Positions 34,599-51,293 of a stretch of 64,000 nt of DNA are shown here, one piece after another. This DNA is from the human T2T-CHM13v2.0 reference genome, Homo sapiens. The notes under the pieces were generated by a model. That model searched no databases and was not told the DNA's origin. It worked only from the letters and a program-made list of their open reading frames with translations. The stretch lies in assembly GCF_009914755.1 (NCBI RefSeq), contig NC_060925.1. One strand, written 5' to 3'. Position 1 is the stretch's first letter, and every line of letters starts with the position of its first letter. A program made the position numbers and the translations under genes.

Positions 34599-35834
34599 TT
34601 AGGTTGGTGCAAAAGTAATTGCAGTTTTGGGCCGTGAATTTTAAATCATTGTAAGTAGGATCAAACACATCTTTATTAATCAAAATAGGAACAATTCCAA
34701 TCAACACATTTTTGCCAACGAGAAATAAGTTTGTTTTTTCCTGTAGCGTAAAAATCCATGCTTCGGAATTTGATGAACTCTTGGAAAGCATTTTCTGCAT
34801 CCTGCTGGTTGTGGAAGTGTTTTCCCTGTGAAAAGTTGTCAAGATGCTTGAAGAAGTGGCAGTCAGTTGGCGAGAGGTCAAGTGAATATGGCAGATGAGG
34901 CAAAACTTTGTAGCCCAATTCACTCAACTTTTGAAGCGTTGTGGTCAGGGGTTGTTGTGGAGAAGAATTGGGCCCTTTCTGTTGAGCAATGCCCGTGTGA
35001 TTGTTGCAGTTTTCGGTGCATCTCATTGATTTGCTGAGCATACTTCTCAGATATAATGGTTTTGTTGGGATTCAGAGAGCTGTAGTGGATCAGACCGGCA
35101 GCAGACCACAGTGACCATGACCTTTTTTTGTGCAAGTTTGGCTTTGGGAAGTGCATTGGAGCTTATTCGCAGTCCAGTCATTGATCTGGTCATCACCAGT
35201 TGTCATATAAAATCCACTTTTTGTCACACATCACAATCTGATCAAGAAATGGTTCATTGTTGTTGCACAGAATAAGAGAAGACGATACTTCAAAACGACA
35301 ATTTTTTTTATTTTCACTCAGCTCATGAGGCACCCACTTATGGAGCTTTTTCACCTTTTCAGTTTGCTTCAAATGCTGAATGACCATAGAATGATCAACA
35401 CTGAGTTCTTGAGCAACTTCTTGTGTAGTTGTAAGGGGATCAGCTTAGATGATTGCTCTCAGTTGGTCGTTGTCAACTTCCCATAGCCGGCCACTGTGCT
35501 CCTCATCTTCAAGGCTCTCCTCTCCTTTGCAAAACTTCTCGAGCCACCACTGCACTGTATGTTGGTTAGCAGCTCCTGGGCCAAATGCATTGTTGATGTT
35601 GCAAATTATCTCTGCTGCTTTACGACCCATTTCGAACTCGAATAATATCATTTCCATAGTCTAAAATAAACATAAAATAAACAGCAAGTAATAAGTTATT
35701 AGCAAAAAACATAAAGTGAAAAATGCACATTAAAATGATGTATAACATAACCACATTTATTTAAGAATGTATTCCAAGATCAAATGGCAAATTCCAACAA
35801 TGCAAAAACCGCAATTACTTTTGCACTCACCTAA
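34599..35834 (-). mobile_element. Hsmar1 mariner DNA transposon, near full length
   Basis: TIRs ttaggttggtgcaaaagtaattgcagtt and aaccgcaattacttttgcactcacctaa; TA on both flanks (34597-34598, 35835-35836). Confidence 0.96.
34676..35657 (-). pseudogene. Hsmar1 transposase pseudogene (stops and frameshifts)
   Basis: Fragments MGRKAAE..., WVPHEL, CDKKWILYDN, PYSLDLSPTDCHFFKHLDNF, WQKCVD...SYFD spread over several frames. Confidence 0.95.
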
Positions 35835-35910
35835 TAGATATCTTTTGTTGGATGTATGTTTCAAAATATTTTCTCCCAGTCTATGACTTGCCTTTTTATT
35901 TTCTTAATAG

Positions 35911-36257
<347 letters not shown>

Positions 36258-36327
36258 CAATTTTTCTTTATATGTTATGCTGTTTGAGTCATACTTAAGA
36301 AATATTTTTTAAACCTAAGACCATTAA

Positions 36328-36771
<444 letters not shown>

Positions 36772-37811
36772 TAGTTTATTTATTTGAAGATGTTCTTCTT
36801 TTTTTGATGTAGGTGCTTATTGCTATAAACTTTCCCTTTAGTACTCCTTTTGCTATATCCCATAGGTTTGATATGTCATGTTTCCATTATCATTTGTTAC
36901 AATAAAATTTTTAATTTCCTTCTGATTTCTTCATTGACCCACTGGTCATTCATGAGCATATTGATTAATTTCCACATGTTTGTATGGTTTCCAAAATTCC
37001 TCTTGCTATTGATTTCTAGTTTTATTCCATTGTGGTCGAGAAGATGTTTGATATTATTTAAAATTTTTTGAATGTTTTAAGATTTGTTTTGTGACCTACC
37101 ACATGACCTATCCTTAAGAATGATCCATGTGCTGAGGAGAAGAATGTATATTCTGCAGCCATTGGATGAAATGTTCTGTAAATATCTATTAGGTCCATTC
37201 GGTCTACAGTGCAGGTTAAGCCCAATGTTTATTTGATGATTTTCTGTCTGGAAGATTTGTTCAATGTTGAAAGTGGGGTGTTAAATTCTCCAGCTATTAT
37301 TATATTGGGGTCTATCTCTCTCTTTAGCTCTAATAACATTTAGCTTATATATCTGGGTGCTCCAGTACTGGGTGGATATATATTTTAAATTGTTATATCC
37401 TTTTGCTGGATTAACCCTTTTATAATTATGTAATAACCTTCTTTGTTTCTTTTTATAGTTGTCTTGAAATCAATTTTGTCTGACATAAGTATAACTAATT
37501 CTGCTGCCTTTTTTTTTTTTTTTTTTTGGTTTCCATTTGCATGAAATACCTTTCTCCAGCCCTTTATTTTCAGTCTGTGTGTGTCTTTATAGGTGAAGTG
37601 TGTTTCTTGTAGGCAGGAGATCTTTGGGCCTTCTTTTGTTGTTATCCATTCAGCTACTCTGTAAGGATAAAAGTCCATTTACAGCAATATTATTATTGGT
37701 AAATAAGGACTTATTCCTGCCATTTTGTTGTTTTCTGGTCTTCTCTTCCTTTTTCTCTTCCTTTCTGTCTTCCTTTAGTTGAAGGTGATTTTCTCAGGTT
37801 GTATGATTTAA

Positions 37812-38130
<319 letters not shown>

Positions 38131-39778
38131 TGTCATATATTTTTTGATTTGAGGTTACTATGAGGCTTCCAAATACGGTATAACCCATTATTTTGATCTG
38201 CTGACAACATAGATTACATAAACAAGCAAGCAAATAAAAACTTTACACTTTAACTTTGTCCTCTTGCTTATTAACTTTTTGTGGTTTCTATTTATATCTT
38301 ATTGTACTATGTCTTGAAAAGTTGTTGTAATTATTATTTTGATTGGTTTATCTTTTAGTCTTTCTACTTAAGAGTAGTTTACACACCAAAAGTATAGTGT
38401 TAAAATATTCATGTTTTCATGTGTACTTAATATTACCAGTGAGTTTTATACCTTCAGATGACTTCTTATTGCTCATTAACATTTTTTTTCTTTCTGATTG
38501 AAGAACTCCCTTTAGCATTTCTTGTAGGACAGGTCTGGTGTTGATGAAATCCCTCAGCTTTTGTTTGTCTGGGAAAGTCTTTTTTTTCTCCTTCATGTTT
38601 GAAGGATATTTTCACCTAATATTCTAGGGTCAAAGTTCTTTTTCTTCAACACTTTATCATGTCACTCTCTCCTGGCCTGTACAGTTTCCACTGAAAAGTC
38701 TGCCGCCAGATGTTTTGGAGCGCCATTGTATTGTTGTTTCTTTTTTCTTGTGGCTTTAGGATCTTTTCTTTATCCCTTACCTTTGGGAGTTTGATTATTT
38801 AAAGCCTTGAAGTAGTTTTCTTTTGGTTAAATTTTCTTGGTGTTTTATAACCTTCTTTTACTTGAATTTGGTATCTTTCTCCTGGTTTGCGAAGTTCTCT
38901 CTTATTATCCATTTGAACACACTTTTTACCTGTATCTCTTTCTCTACCTCCTCTTTAAGGCCAGTAACTCTTAGATTTGCCCTTTTAAGGCTATTTTCTA
39001 GATCATGATTCATTCTTTTTTATTATTTTTTCTTTTGTCTGCTGTGACTGTGTATTTTCAAATAGCTTGTTTGAAAGCTCACTAATTCTTTCTTCTGCTT
39101 GATCAATTCTGCTATTAACAGACTCTGATGCATTCTTCAGTATGCATCATTTTTCAGCTTCAGAATTTCTGCTTGATTCTTTTAATTATTTCAATCTGTT
39201 TGTTAAATTTATTTGATAAAATTCTGAATTCCTTCTCTGCATTATCTTGAATTTCTCTTGGTTTTCTCACCTCCCCTCTCTCCTCAAGCAGAAGGAAGGA
39301 ATCATTTTTGTTGTTGCAAGCTGTGCTCCCTGTGGTTGGGAGAGGGGTGGCACAAGCACTTCCTTAGTTGCCCCAGCTGGTGTCTCACTAGGTCATGTGC
39401 CCCTCAATCTACTGGCTTTAAGCCCAGTACAGCACTAGGAATTGCCTAGAAATTGCAGTTGTCGCCTAGACAGCTTTTCAAGTTTATTTAGGATCGTGAA
39501 ATGTATACAAGTTTGTTTAGCCCATGGTGGTGAGGCTTGCCAAAACTCCAGTTCTGACTGCTGGGATGGGCGATTTCCCTCTGGTTAGGGCTGTTCTAAA
39601 TGCTCCCTCTGTGCATGGGTGTCAGCTGTGTTAAGCCTGGTTTTGGTTTTCACTCTGACAGGGCAGAACTGAGTTCAGTGCAGTGTCCCACAATCACTGT
39701 GCTCCCCCTTTCCCAAACTCAGAGATTCTCCATGTCACCCAGCCACTACCAGCGAGGTGGGGCAGGTATGGCAATTAA

Positions 39779-40096
<318 letters not shown>

Positions 40097-40382
40097 CAAG
40101 ACTGTCTTTCCCACTCTCTTCAGAGCTTCTTTCAGAGATATGAAAGAAGGTTAAAACCAGGTACTGTAATTGCTCACTTGATTTTTGGTTCTTATGAAGG
40201 TGGTTTTTTCGTATAGACTGTTGTTAAATTTGGTGTTCCTGTGTGTGGGATGATTGATAAAGGCTTCTATTTAGCCGTCTTGCTCCAACCTCCTCCTATT
40301 CATATATGAGAAACCCACAGCCATCATGATACTCAATGATGAACACTGAAAGCTTTTCCTCTAAGATCAGAACAAGATCATT

Positions 40383-40963
40383 GTTCTAATTTCCTTTAAT
40401 AACTTTCCCTTTGCATTCACAACTTGGCTAACTGTTCTGTGCAAGAGATTTATCTTTCAGCCTATCTTGGCTTTTGGCATGCCTTCTCATTGAGTTTAAT
40501 TATTTCTGGCTTTTGATATAAAATGAGAGACATATGACTTTTTCACTTGAACACTTAGAGGCCATTGTAGGTTTTTAAATTGGCCTAATTCCAATATAAT
40601 TGTGTCTCAGGGAATAGAGAGGCCCAAAGAGACAGAGAGAGACAGATGAAGGAACAACTGGTCTGTGGAGCAGTCAGATATACACAACTTTTGATTGATT
40701 AAATTTGCCATCTTAATCAAATTAAATATAGGTACAGTCTGTGGCAACCCAAAACAGTGATAATAGTAACATCAGAGATCACTGATCACAGATCACCATA
40801 ATAAATATAACATTAATGAAAAGTTTGAAATAACTGTGATTATTACCAACAGGTGACACAGAGATACATAGTGAGCACAAGTTATTGAAAAAATGGCAAC
40901 AATAGACTTCCTCAACATAGAATTGCCACAAACCTTCAAGCAAAGTATAATGAGGTATGCCTA
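40383..40963 (-). mobile_element. Tigger1 5' fragment (one TIR and transposase start)
   Basis: TIR gaggtatgcct; reverse complement acaatggcctctaagtgttcaagtgaaa translates as MASKCSSE. Confidence 0.85.
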
Positions 40964-40965
40964 TA

Positions 40966-41828
40966 CGTTTCTAGGAGTTTATCTATTTCTTCTAGGTTTT
41001 CCAATTTGTTGGCATATTAAATTTTCATAATAGTCTCCCATAAATCTTTATATTTCTTTGGTATCAGTTTTATGTCTCCTCTTTTGTTTGTAATTTTATT
41101 TGATTTTTGTATTTATTTAGTCTAGTTTAAGGTTTGTCTATTTTGTTTATCTTTCCTAAAAATGTTTACTTTCATTGGTTTTTAAAATTGTATTTCTAAT
41201 CTATTTCACTTACTTCTCTTCTGACCTTTATTATTTCATTCCTTCTGCTAACTTTGGGCCTAGTTTGTTCTTCTTTTTCTGTTTCCTTGAGGTATAATGT
41301 TAGGTTGTTTATTTGAGTTTTTTCTTGTTTTACAGTGTGGGTGTTTATCACTATAAACTTCCCTCTTAGAATTACTTTTGCTGCATTCCATACATTTTGG
41401 TATTTTGTGTTTCCATTTCCATTTGCTTCAAGATTATTTTTTATTTTCCTTTTAAGTTTTTGTTTGACTTAATTGTTAAGGAGCGTTTGTTTAATTTCCA
41501 TATATTTGTGAATTTTCCAGTTTTTCTTCTCATATTTTCTTATTTCATACCATTGCGATCAGCAAAGATGCTTGACATGATTTCAGTCCTCTTAAACTTG
41601 ATAAAACTTGTTTTGTGGCCTAACATATGATGTATCCTGGAGAATGTTTGTGTATTTGTTAACAATGTGTATTGTGCTGCTGTTTGATAGAATGTTCCAT
41701 ATGTCTTAGGTCCATTTGATGTCCACTGTTTCCTTATTGATTTTCTATCTGGATGATCTATCCATTGTGGAAAGTGGGATGTTGAAGTCCTCTCTTATTG
41801 TATTTCTGTCTGTTTTTCCCTTCAGTTC
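40966..41828 (-). mobile_element. Old L1M ORF2 fragment
   Basis: ttgttttgtggcctaacatatgatgtatcctggagaatgtt ... aaagtgggatgttgaagtcc. Confidence 0.8.
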
Positions 41829-41995
<167 letters not shown>

Positions 41996-42659
41996 TAAAA
42001 GTTCTGTGATGTGGGTTTGATTATCTTCTTGTGGAAGAAGAAACTGAGGTTTACCAAGACCAATGTCTTGCCTAAGGTTTCAGAGCCCATCAACAACTGA
42101 GTTTAGAATATGGGCCTAAGTCTTCTGACTCTTGTCTTGAGTAAGCTTTCCATGACGCCAATTACCCTAATCTTCTGGGGGCACTAGGACCTCATTTTAA
42201 TAGTTAAAATATGCTTATACTACCTCCTACCATGACAGTAGTTTCTAGTGAGCTAAAACATAAATCCATGGGTTTGCATTGTATTGTTCACAACAGCTTC
42301 TACAAACACTTTTAAATAGTCATACATATGCATACAATAGGTATTAGGTATTTAAGACTACAAATTATGCTTGGATTTGAGTTCTGTCATAATAGCTCCA
42401 AATTCAGAGGTCTGAAGCCGTGGGACACAGCCTTGCAATGTAGTGGCCATTGAGATGACTGTTGCTACAATGGTTTAGGGTACTTGTAGGCAATCATTTG
42501 ATCATTGCTAGAGTCACAAAAAGAGGAACTGCCATTTCTTAGTGTAATGTATTATGTGACATGGGTGCTATGATTTTATTAAATTCTAGGTTTCTTAGAA
42601 AAGAAACTGTTGCATCCAAAAGCAAAAAATGGGTCACCATTTTTGGATGAAAACAACTA

Positions 42660-43112
<453 letters not shown>

Positions 43113-43779
43113 TCAGGAATGTTCAGTGCGCACCTCAGCTGCTGAGATAAGATGGAAAGTATGGCTGCAATGGGGATTCTCTTCATCCGTTTCACCTTCC
43201 TGATTTCCCTAGGCCCATCTTCAGGCTGAGTGATGACACTGACCTCCCCATTGAGAATATATGTGGAAAGAAGAAGCAACTACATTGATTAAAAGTAGCA
43301 ATGGTTTAAGGAAACAAAGAGGCTGGAACTCTGCCTGCCACAGGGAAAGAAATGCTGGGAAGCCTGGTGGGAGCAGGTTAGAAACAGGCTTGCAGCCCCA
43401 GCCCAGATGCCTGCATTTAGGTGATGAGCAATATTCTTTGTGTGTTTTGTCAGTCCTGAGAGAGGCTTCTTTCCAAAAATAATTACTCTATATTTGTAGC
43501 AGGAAAACCTTTTATCTTCTGTTTAAATTCATATCTTCATCTGTGTTATGGAAGCCCTGCCCTCACTAAGCCTTTGACTTGGAGATGTTGGCTGTCCTCT
43601 CTGCCACAGTCAGCTCTTCTTCAGGACATTTTAATCAGTAGTGACTTTAGAAAGAGAAAGGGGGACTGGGATCCCATGATGAAAAATACTGAACAGAAAC
43701 AGAGAGAAAAATCTCTGTGGTCACTAGTAGAAATCAATATGTAAGTGAATGGACCAGTTTTCTTGAGAAATGGGCATTT

Positions 43780-44310
43780 CTCTGTTCACCTGCCTGGGCT
43801 CCCCCAAAAGCAGAGCCTGAGACAAAGGATTATATACAGATAGGTAACTTGAGATGTGGTCCCAGGGGGTCAGGGATGAGCAATGAAAGCCAATATAAGG
43901 ATGTATTGTCGAGTTGGCCACAGCCATAGGCAACTAGAGCTCAACTCAGTGGAACTTTCTGCAGAGCCAGATGAGATGTGTTTCAGAATATCCATTGTGG
44001 AAATGGAAGAGTAAAACATCTATTTATCAGCTCTCATCTGCCACTGGTCAACAGTGGCCCCAGGAGGTTAACTCCCTATGTTTTGAGTTGTCCTGTAGAA
44101 ATGTTGTGCCATGGTGTCCCATGGTGTGACATCAGAGAAGTCACAAAGCAGGAAGTGAGAGGATGGGAGACACAGGATGAGGCAAGGCACTGCCTGCTTA
44201 CTTGTGCATGAGGCAAACTGAAGCCTGCACAGAACTGGCTGAGTTTTCCATGACTGGAGGAAGAGGTAGGGCTGAAGGGATTTGGAGTGGTACTAACGAC
44301 ATGTCAATAA
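43780..44310 (-). mobile_element. LTR16-like ERVL LTR
   Basis: ccccaaaagcagagcctgagacaaagga ... gaaagccaata ... ggcaactagagctcaa. Confidence 0.55.
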
Positions 44311-44394
44311 ACCAACCAATTGCAATGAAATATTCTTAAGATTCTAGATGACTCCTATGATCTCTTCGTCTCTCATTCATTGTAAGGGAGAAAT

Positions 44395-44630
44395 AGGGTG
44401 ACTTTGGCCTTCTTCAGTCCTAGGTTTGAATCCTGGCTCTATCATTTATGAGTGTTGTTCTCATAAGTAAGCGACTTAACTTCTTTGAGCCTTAGTTTAC
44501 CTTGTAAAATTAAGACAGTATATCTATCTCATCCTGTTGTAGTGAGAATGACCTGAGATACTGTATGTTAAGTTCTTAGCACCTAGCCTGGTGCATGGCA
44601 AGGGCTGAAGTCATGTCACCTTGTATTATT
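44395..44630 (+). mobile_element. MIR
   Basis: ggtttgaatcctggctctatcatttatgag ... gacttaacttctttgagccttagttt. Confidence 0.8.
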
Positions 44631-44807
44631 GTGATTTGACATCACAACAGCAGTAGTCATGGGGCATAAAGGAGCATAGAAAGGGGGCTATTAGGGACTA
44701 GGACTGGAGGGAGGATGAACCAGGTAGACTCCCAATAGGAATGTGAGGTGGGGATTGTGCCTCTGTTTAACAAGTCAGGATACAGCTTCTGGGATGGAAC
44801 TGGCCAA

Positions 44808-45139
44808 AGTTTGATGAAGTATCAAGGCTTGCATTAAGGGTGCTGAGGTCTCAGAAGGGAAACTGGGATGCTACAGAGGAAATAGCAGCAGCTATGAGCA
44901 GTTACATATTCTGGGAATTAGAGGACTGCAGAAGGGTTCAAGGAAGTGCCCAGGGAGCCTGATGGGTGCAGAGAGTTTGATGAGGTATCAAGACTTCCAT
45001 TAAGGGTGCTGAGGTCTCAGAAGGGAAACTGGAATGCTACAGAGGAAACAGCAGCAGTTATGAGCAGTTACATATTCTAGGAATTGGGGGACGGCAGAAG
45101 GGTTCAAGGAAGTGCCCAGACAGCCTGATGGGTGCAGAG
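44808..45139. repeat. Tandem duplication, 2 x 166 bp
   Basis: 44808-44973 vs 44974-45139, about 12 substitutions by eye. Confidence 0.95.
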
Positions 45140-46658
45140 ATGCTTCCAGGCTGTCCCTAAGCCCATTCCCAGGCTTACAGCAGCCTGACTAACCTCATGC
45201 CAAGCATCGAGTCCCTTGGAGTTTACTGTTTCAGCCGTATACATGTTGTGATTCCTAGGCTCAGAATGCGGGAGGGCTAAGCCTACAAGTTGAGGGTATT
45301 GGTGCCATCAGTTAGGGTTGGGGGTGACAAATGACAGACTTGCCTGACTCTCAGCTTAGCTTCAGCTGAGCAGGAGGCCCCTGCCATAGAGCGACTGGCA
45401 CATGACCCCTGACCCCAGCCCTGGTCTGACATATCCAGGCACTGGACCCTCAGATCATAGGTTAACTAGGCCTCCTTGTCTGGGCTGATGAGGTGACTGC
45501 CTTGTCATTAACACTTAATCCTTTGAGGCCCAGACCAAACTCTCAGGCAGAACAAGTAGCTCACTGGGCCAAGACAACATAAAAAACCATGTATCCCAAA
45601 CCTTAACCCACAGTTTCGCTGTTCAAATCATTTTGAGGGGAAGAGCCATACTTTATTATGATGGGCCAGTCCTTTAATCTCACATATGTATGTGTTCACA
45701 TGGTAAAAATGTAACCAAATTCATTCCTACAAACTCTCCATTTTAATATTTTTAATATTAACACCTTTCTTTTATGTTGTTCAAAGAATTCACTCAGATT
45801 CTCTAGGTTTTTGTGAAGAAGAATATGATTAAAATCAACACATTGAATTGATGTTTTTGATTGAAACAAATACGTCTGGAGCAAATTTAAATTAAACATG
45901 TGGTTTTACATGTAGTTGGTTAGGAGTAGCAATCAATAGGTTAGCATACCTTTATTTTCTTCAAAGAAAAAAAAAATTCCAATTGAATGATGCTTTGAAA
46001 ATAGCTAACTGGAAGCGTGAGGGACTTGTTTAGAAAGTTGAGGTGACAACTGAAAGTCAAGACTACACATGCTCATGTGTTTGCAAGGGGAAAAAAATCT
46101 CCAATTTAAAGAGATGTGGGTGCTGCTGTTATTTCTTCAGATATAATACATAGGGATGGAAAAGATGGCTTTTCTTATGGAAACATTAGTTGTAAATTGA
46201 AGAAAAATGAGTATAAAAAGTGAGACTGTTTTTTGTTCTGAAGATTTTCCTCTTATCTCTTCATAGTTTTATTATGCAGAGATTTGATACTGACATCTTT
46301 AACTGCGTGCTTAAACACACTCATCTTTCCAGCAGCACACGGGGGCATAGGGATGGTTTGTCTTTAGGAAACAGAAGTCTCGCCTCTGCCCGTGGGCTCC
46401 TCACCCTTGGTCTATTGCCATTTCTGGTGCGCCTCCCCATCTCTGAGGTCCTGTCCTCAACATCCTGTGTCCCATCCTCAGCTCTGTCCTCATGCAATCC
46501 CATGTGAACACCTCTCTTCCCTGTTCATGGAGCTGCACTGTCCTGGTCCCCTTTCTCATTTCCTGGCTACCTAGTCACCATCTTTTAAGATTAATCGCAC
46601 AGTACAGAGTTGATGAGCAGTCTGAGTTCTCAAATGGGTTACATTTGGATCAAGGTGG

Positions 46659-46712
46659 AAAATCGCAATAATTGAGTTGCTGCGATCAAATAAATTTTGC
46701 ACCAACCTAATA
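46659..46712. mobile_element. Solo, interrupted Hsmar1/MADE1 TIR
   Basis: ttttgcaccaacctaa plus ta at 46695-46712; aaaatcgcaat upstream. Confidence 0.6.
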
Positions 46713-48207
46713 CAGAAACAGGCACTTATCCACCAGGTATCCTTCCAGCATTTTTAGCTCTTGAACACTATGATAAAAATCAGCAGAAAATGTTCTAAGC
46801 GACAATTCAAATAGCTGTCACAGAATCTACATAACTTTATTCCTTTGATTACATTTAACAAACAGTTATTGAGTATTTTCTATCTGCCAGATGCTGTCCA
46901 GGTTGGTAGAAATACTGAGATGAATAATTTATTTCTCTCCCACCTTGTTCCAGAAAGGATGTGAGGCAGCTTGTAGCAGAAACATATAAAATAAAACATT
47001 CAAATGCAGGTTTTTAAAACTCAGAGCAAGGGAAATATGAATTAAAATAGGTCAAGTCCAGAGAGAAAAGAGGACACAGATACACAGCACATGCAGGCCT
47101 TCCTAATTGTTATACCTGAGTTGGATATTTTACCCTAAGCACATTAGGGGGCCAGAGAAAAGGAAAACATGGTCAATACACATTCCCACTGTAGAAACAG
47201 AGAAATTGTAGAGTTACTTACAGGAAAAAGTATGAATAAGACCTGGTTCCTAATGACAAGGAATTCAGAACTCAACAGGAAAGACAGATCTGTAGCAAAC
47301 ATCTGTAAAACAAAACGTATTATGAGGATCTGCATAAAGTGCTAAGGAAATAGGGGTACAGGAACAACTTATTTGGCTTATGAGAAAGAAAAGAGGCTAC
47401 ATGAACAATGCTTCAAAAGGAGGCAGCCAAGAAGGGGGAATGGCTCGGGAGAAAGAACTTGGTGGCTCTAGGTGAGTGACCCCAGCTGTAGTGAGCACAG
47501 AAATGGTTTCCTGCACTTGCTGATTCTGATTCAGAGGGACTGGCATTTTTTACAAGCACCCCAGGTGATGCTAATTCTGGTGCTCAAGAAACTTCGGGGA
47601 AAACTGTCATAGATTCCTGGATGTGTGGAGCAATGAACACCGAGGTTGGAAAAGCAGGCTGGGCCCATGTGGGATGGACTTCAAATGCCATGGTGAGAAA
47701 CTTGCACTTTATGTCAGGGGGAGCCACTGGATGCTTTTAAGCCTGAGCAGGTGAATGACACTATCAGATTTCTGTGTGTTTTTTACTCTTCTTTTTCCTG
47801 ATTACAAGAACAGATCGAGGATGAAAAATGGAAGGAAAGAGATTGAGGATATGGAACCACCTAGAAGAGTGTTGCGTGGTCCAAATCAAAGAGAATAAGG
47901 ACATGATTAGGACAGTGGTGGGGGACATGGAGCAAGGTGAACACTTTTTTGTAGTGAGCATGAACCTGTTATTTTATTATCAGTCACAGATTTACTTTCC
48001 AATATTGTTGTTCATGTCTCACCAGCTGGGACTCTACTTCAGTTTCTGCTATCTGGCATCTGGGCTACTCCAACTGGCAGGGGAGATGGTCCATGCCAAG
48101 CTGGCCTGGTCCCTGTGCGGGTGATGGAGCTGGGTGGAAGGTCTGGGAGTGATGCTTGCTCACTACAGTGTAAGGGAAGCAACTTACAGTGAACTCACAT
48201 TGGAGGG

Positions 48208-48609
48208 TGTATTAGTCGGGGATCTCTTAGAGGGACAGAACTAATAGGATGTATATATATAAAGGGGAGTTTATTAAGTGTTAACTTACATGATCACAAG
48301 GTCCCATTATAGGCTGTCTGCAAGTTTGAGTCCCAAAACTGAAGAACTTGTAGTCTGATGTTCGAGGGCAGGACGCATCCAGCATGGGAGAAAAATATAG
48401 GTGGGGGGGCTACGCTAGTCTCTCTTTTCACATTTTTCTGCCTGCTTTGTACTGGAAGCTGATTAGATTGTGCCCACCAGATTAAGGGTGGGTCTGCCTT
48501 TCCCAGCCCACTGACTCAAATGTTAATCTCTTTTGGCAACACCCTCACAGACACACCCAGGATCAATACTTTGTATCCTTCAATCAAGTTGACAGTATTA
48601 ACCATCACA
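48208..48609 (-). mobile_element. MLT2A (A1-like) HERV-L solo LTR
   Basis: tgtattagtc ... caaatgttaatctcttttggcaacaccctcacagacacacccagg ... taaccatcaca; flanks gaggg/gagga. Confidence 0.9.
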
Positions 48610-49036
48610 GAGGATAACACAGAATATATGTATTTGTTTGTTGTACAAAAGTAGCCAATGATGTCCAGTTCAGTGGATTCTGGGAACACAACCTTTCCTC
48701 TCAAAAACAGGAGAAAATACCAACACCTTTCACTGTCGTATATAAAAATCAGTGAGCCTGGAGCCGGACGGTGTCCCATGCAAAGACCAATTGTTTTGAG
48801 TCTCCTCTCATGCTGGTAGGGTGTTTGTAAGCAACAGGCCTGTGGTCTAGGACATTATTTCATTTATGGTAGGGGGCTACCGACCACAGTCCCACGACAA
48901 GGTCAAGTGAAAGTCATTTGGCCAGGATCTGCTGTCTAATCCTGTGGTAGGCAGAATAATGGCCCTGTCCCCCCAAAGATTCCGATGTCTGAATCCTCAG
49001 AATCTGTGAATATGTTACCTTAAGTGGCAAAAGAGA

Positions 49037-49748
<712 letters not shown>

Positions 49749-50262
49749 AGGGACTTTGCAGAAGATTAAAGTTATAGCTTTGAGATGGGAAAATTATTCT
49801 GAATTATCCTGGGGGGGCCAATTTAGTTACTTGAGTCCTTAAAAGTGGAGAATCTTTCCCATCTGCAGTCAGGGAGAGATTGGTGACGATGGAAGGGTCA
49901 GAGAAATGCAACATTGCCAGCTTTGAAGATGGAGGAAGGTGCCATGAGCCAAGAAATGATGGTCGCCTCAGAGGCTAGAAAAGGCAAGGAAGCAGGTTCT
50001 CCCCTGAAGCCTCCAGAAAGGAATCAGACGCCGTGTTCCTAGTTCAGTGGCCTGTGTTGGATGTCTGAACTACAGTTGTAAGATCATACATTTGTGTTAT
50101 TTTAAGCCACTACGTTTGTAGTAATTTGTTATAACAGCCATAGAAAACTACTAATACAACCTCCCCCAACCACAGCTCCTAAGTTTGCCATGTGATCTCT
50201 CATCCCCCGATAAATAATGCTTCTATGCTGGGAGTAAGTCACTACAGAAGTCCCACCCCTGC

Positions 50263-51293
<1,031 letters not shown>

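Noticed and set aside
34594-35664. SETMAR gene or active transposase
   Set aside because: Multiple stops and frameshifts, both TIRs present, no SET-domain exon visible; it is a dead Hsmar1 copy.
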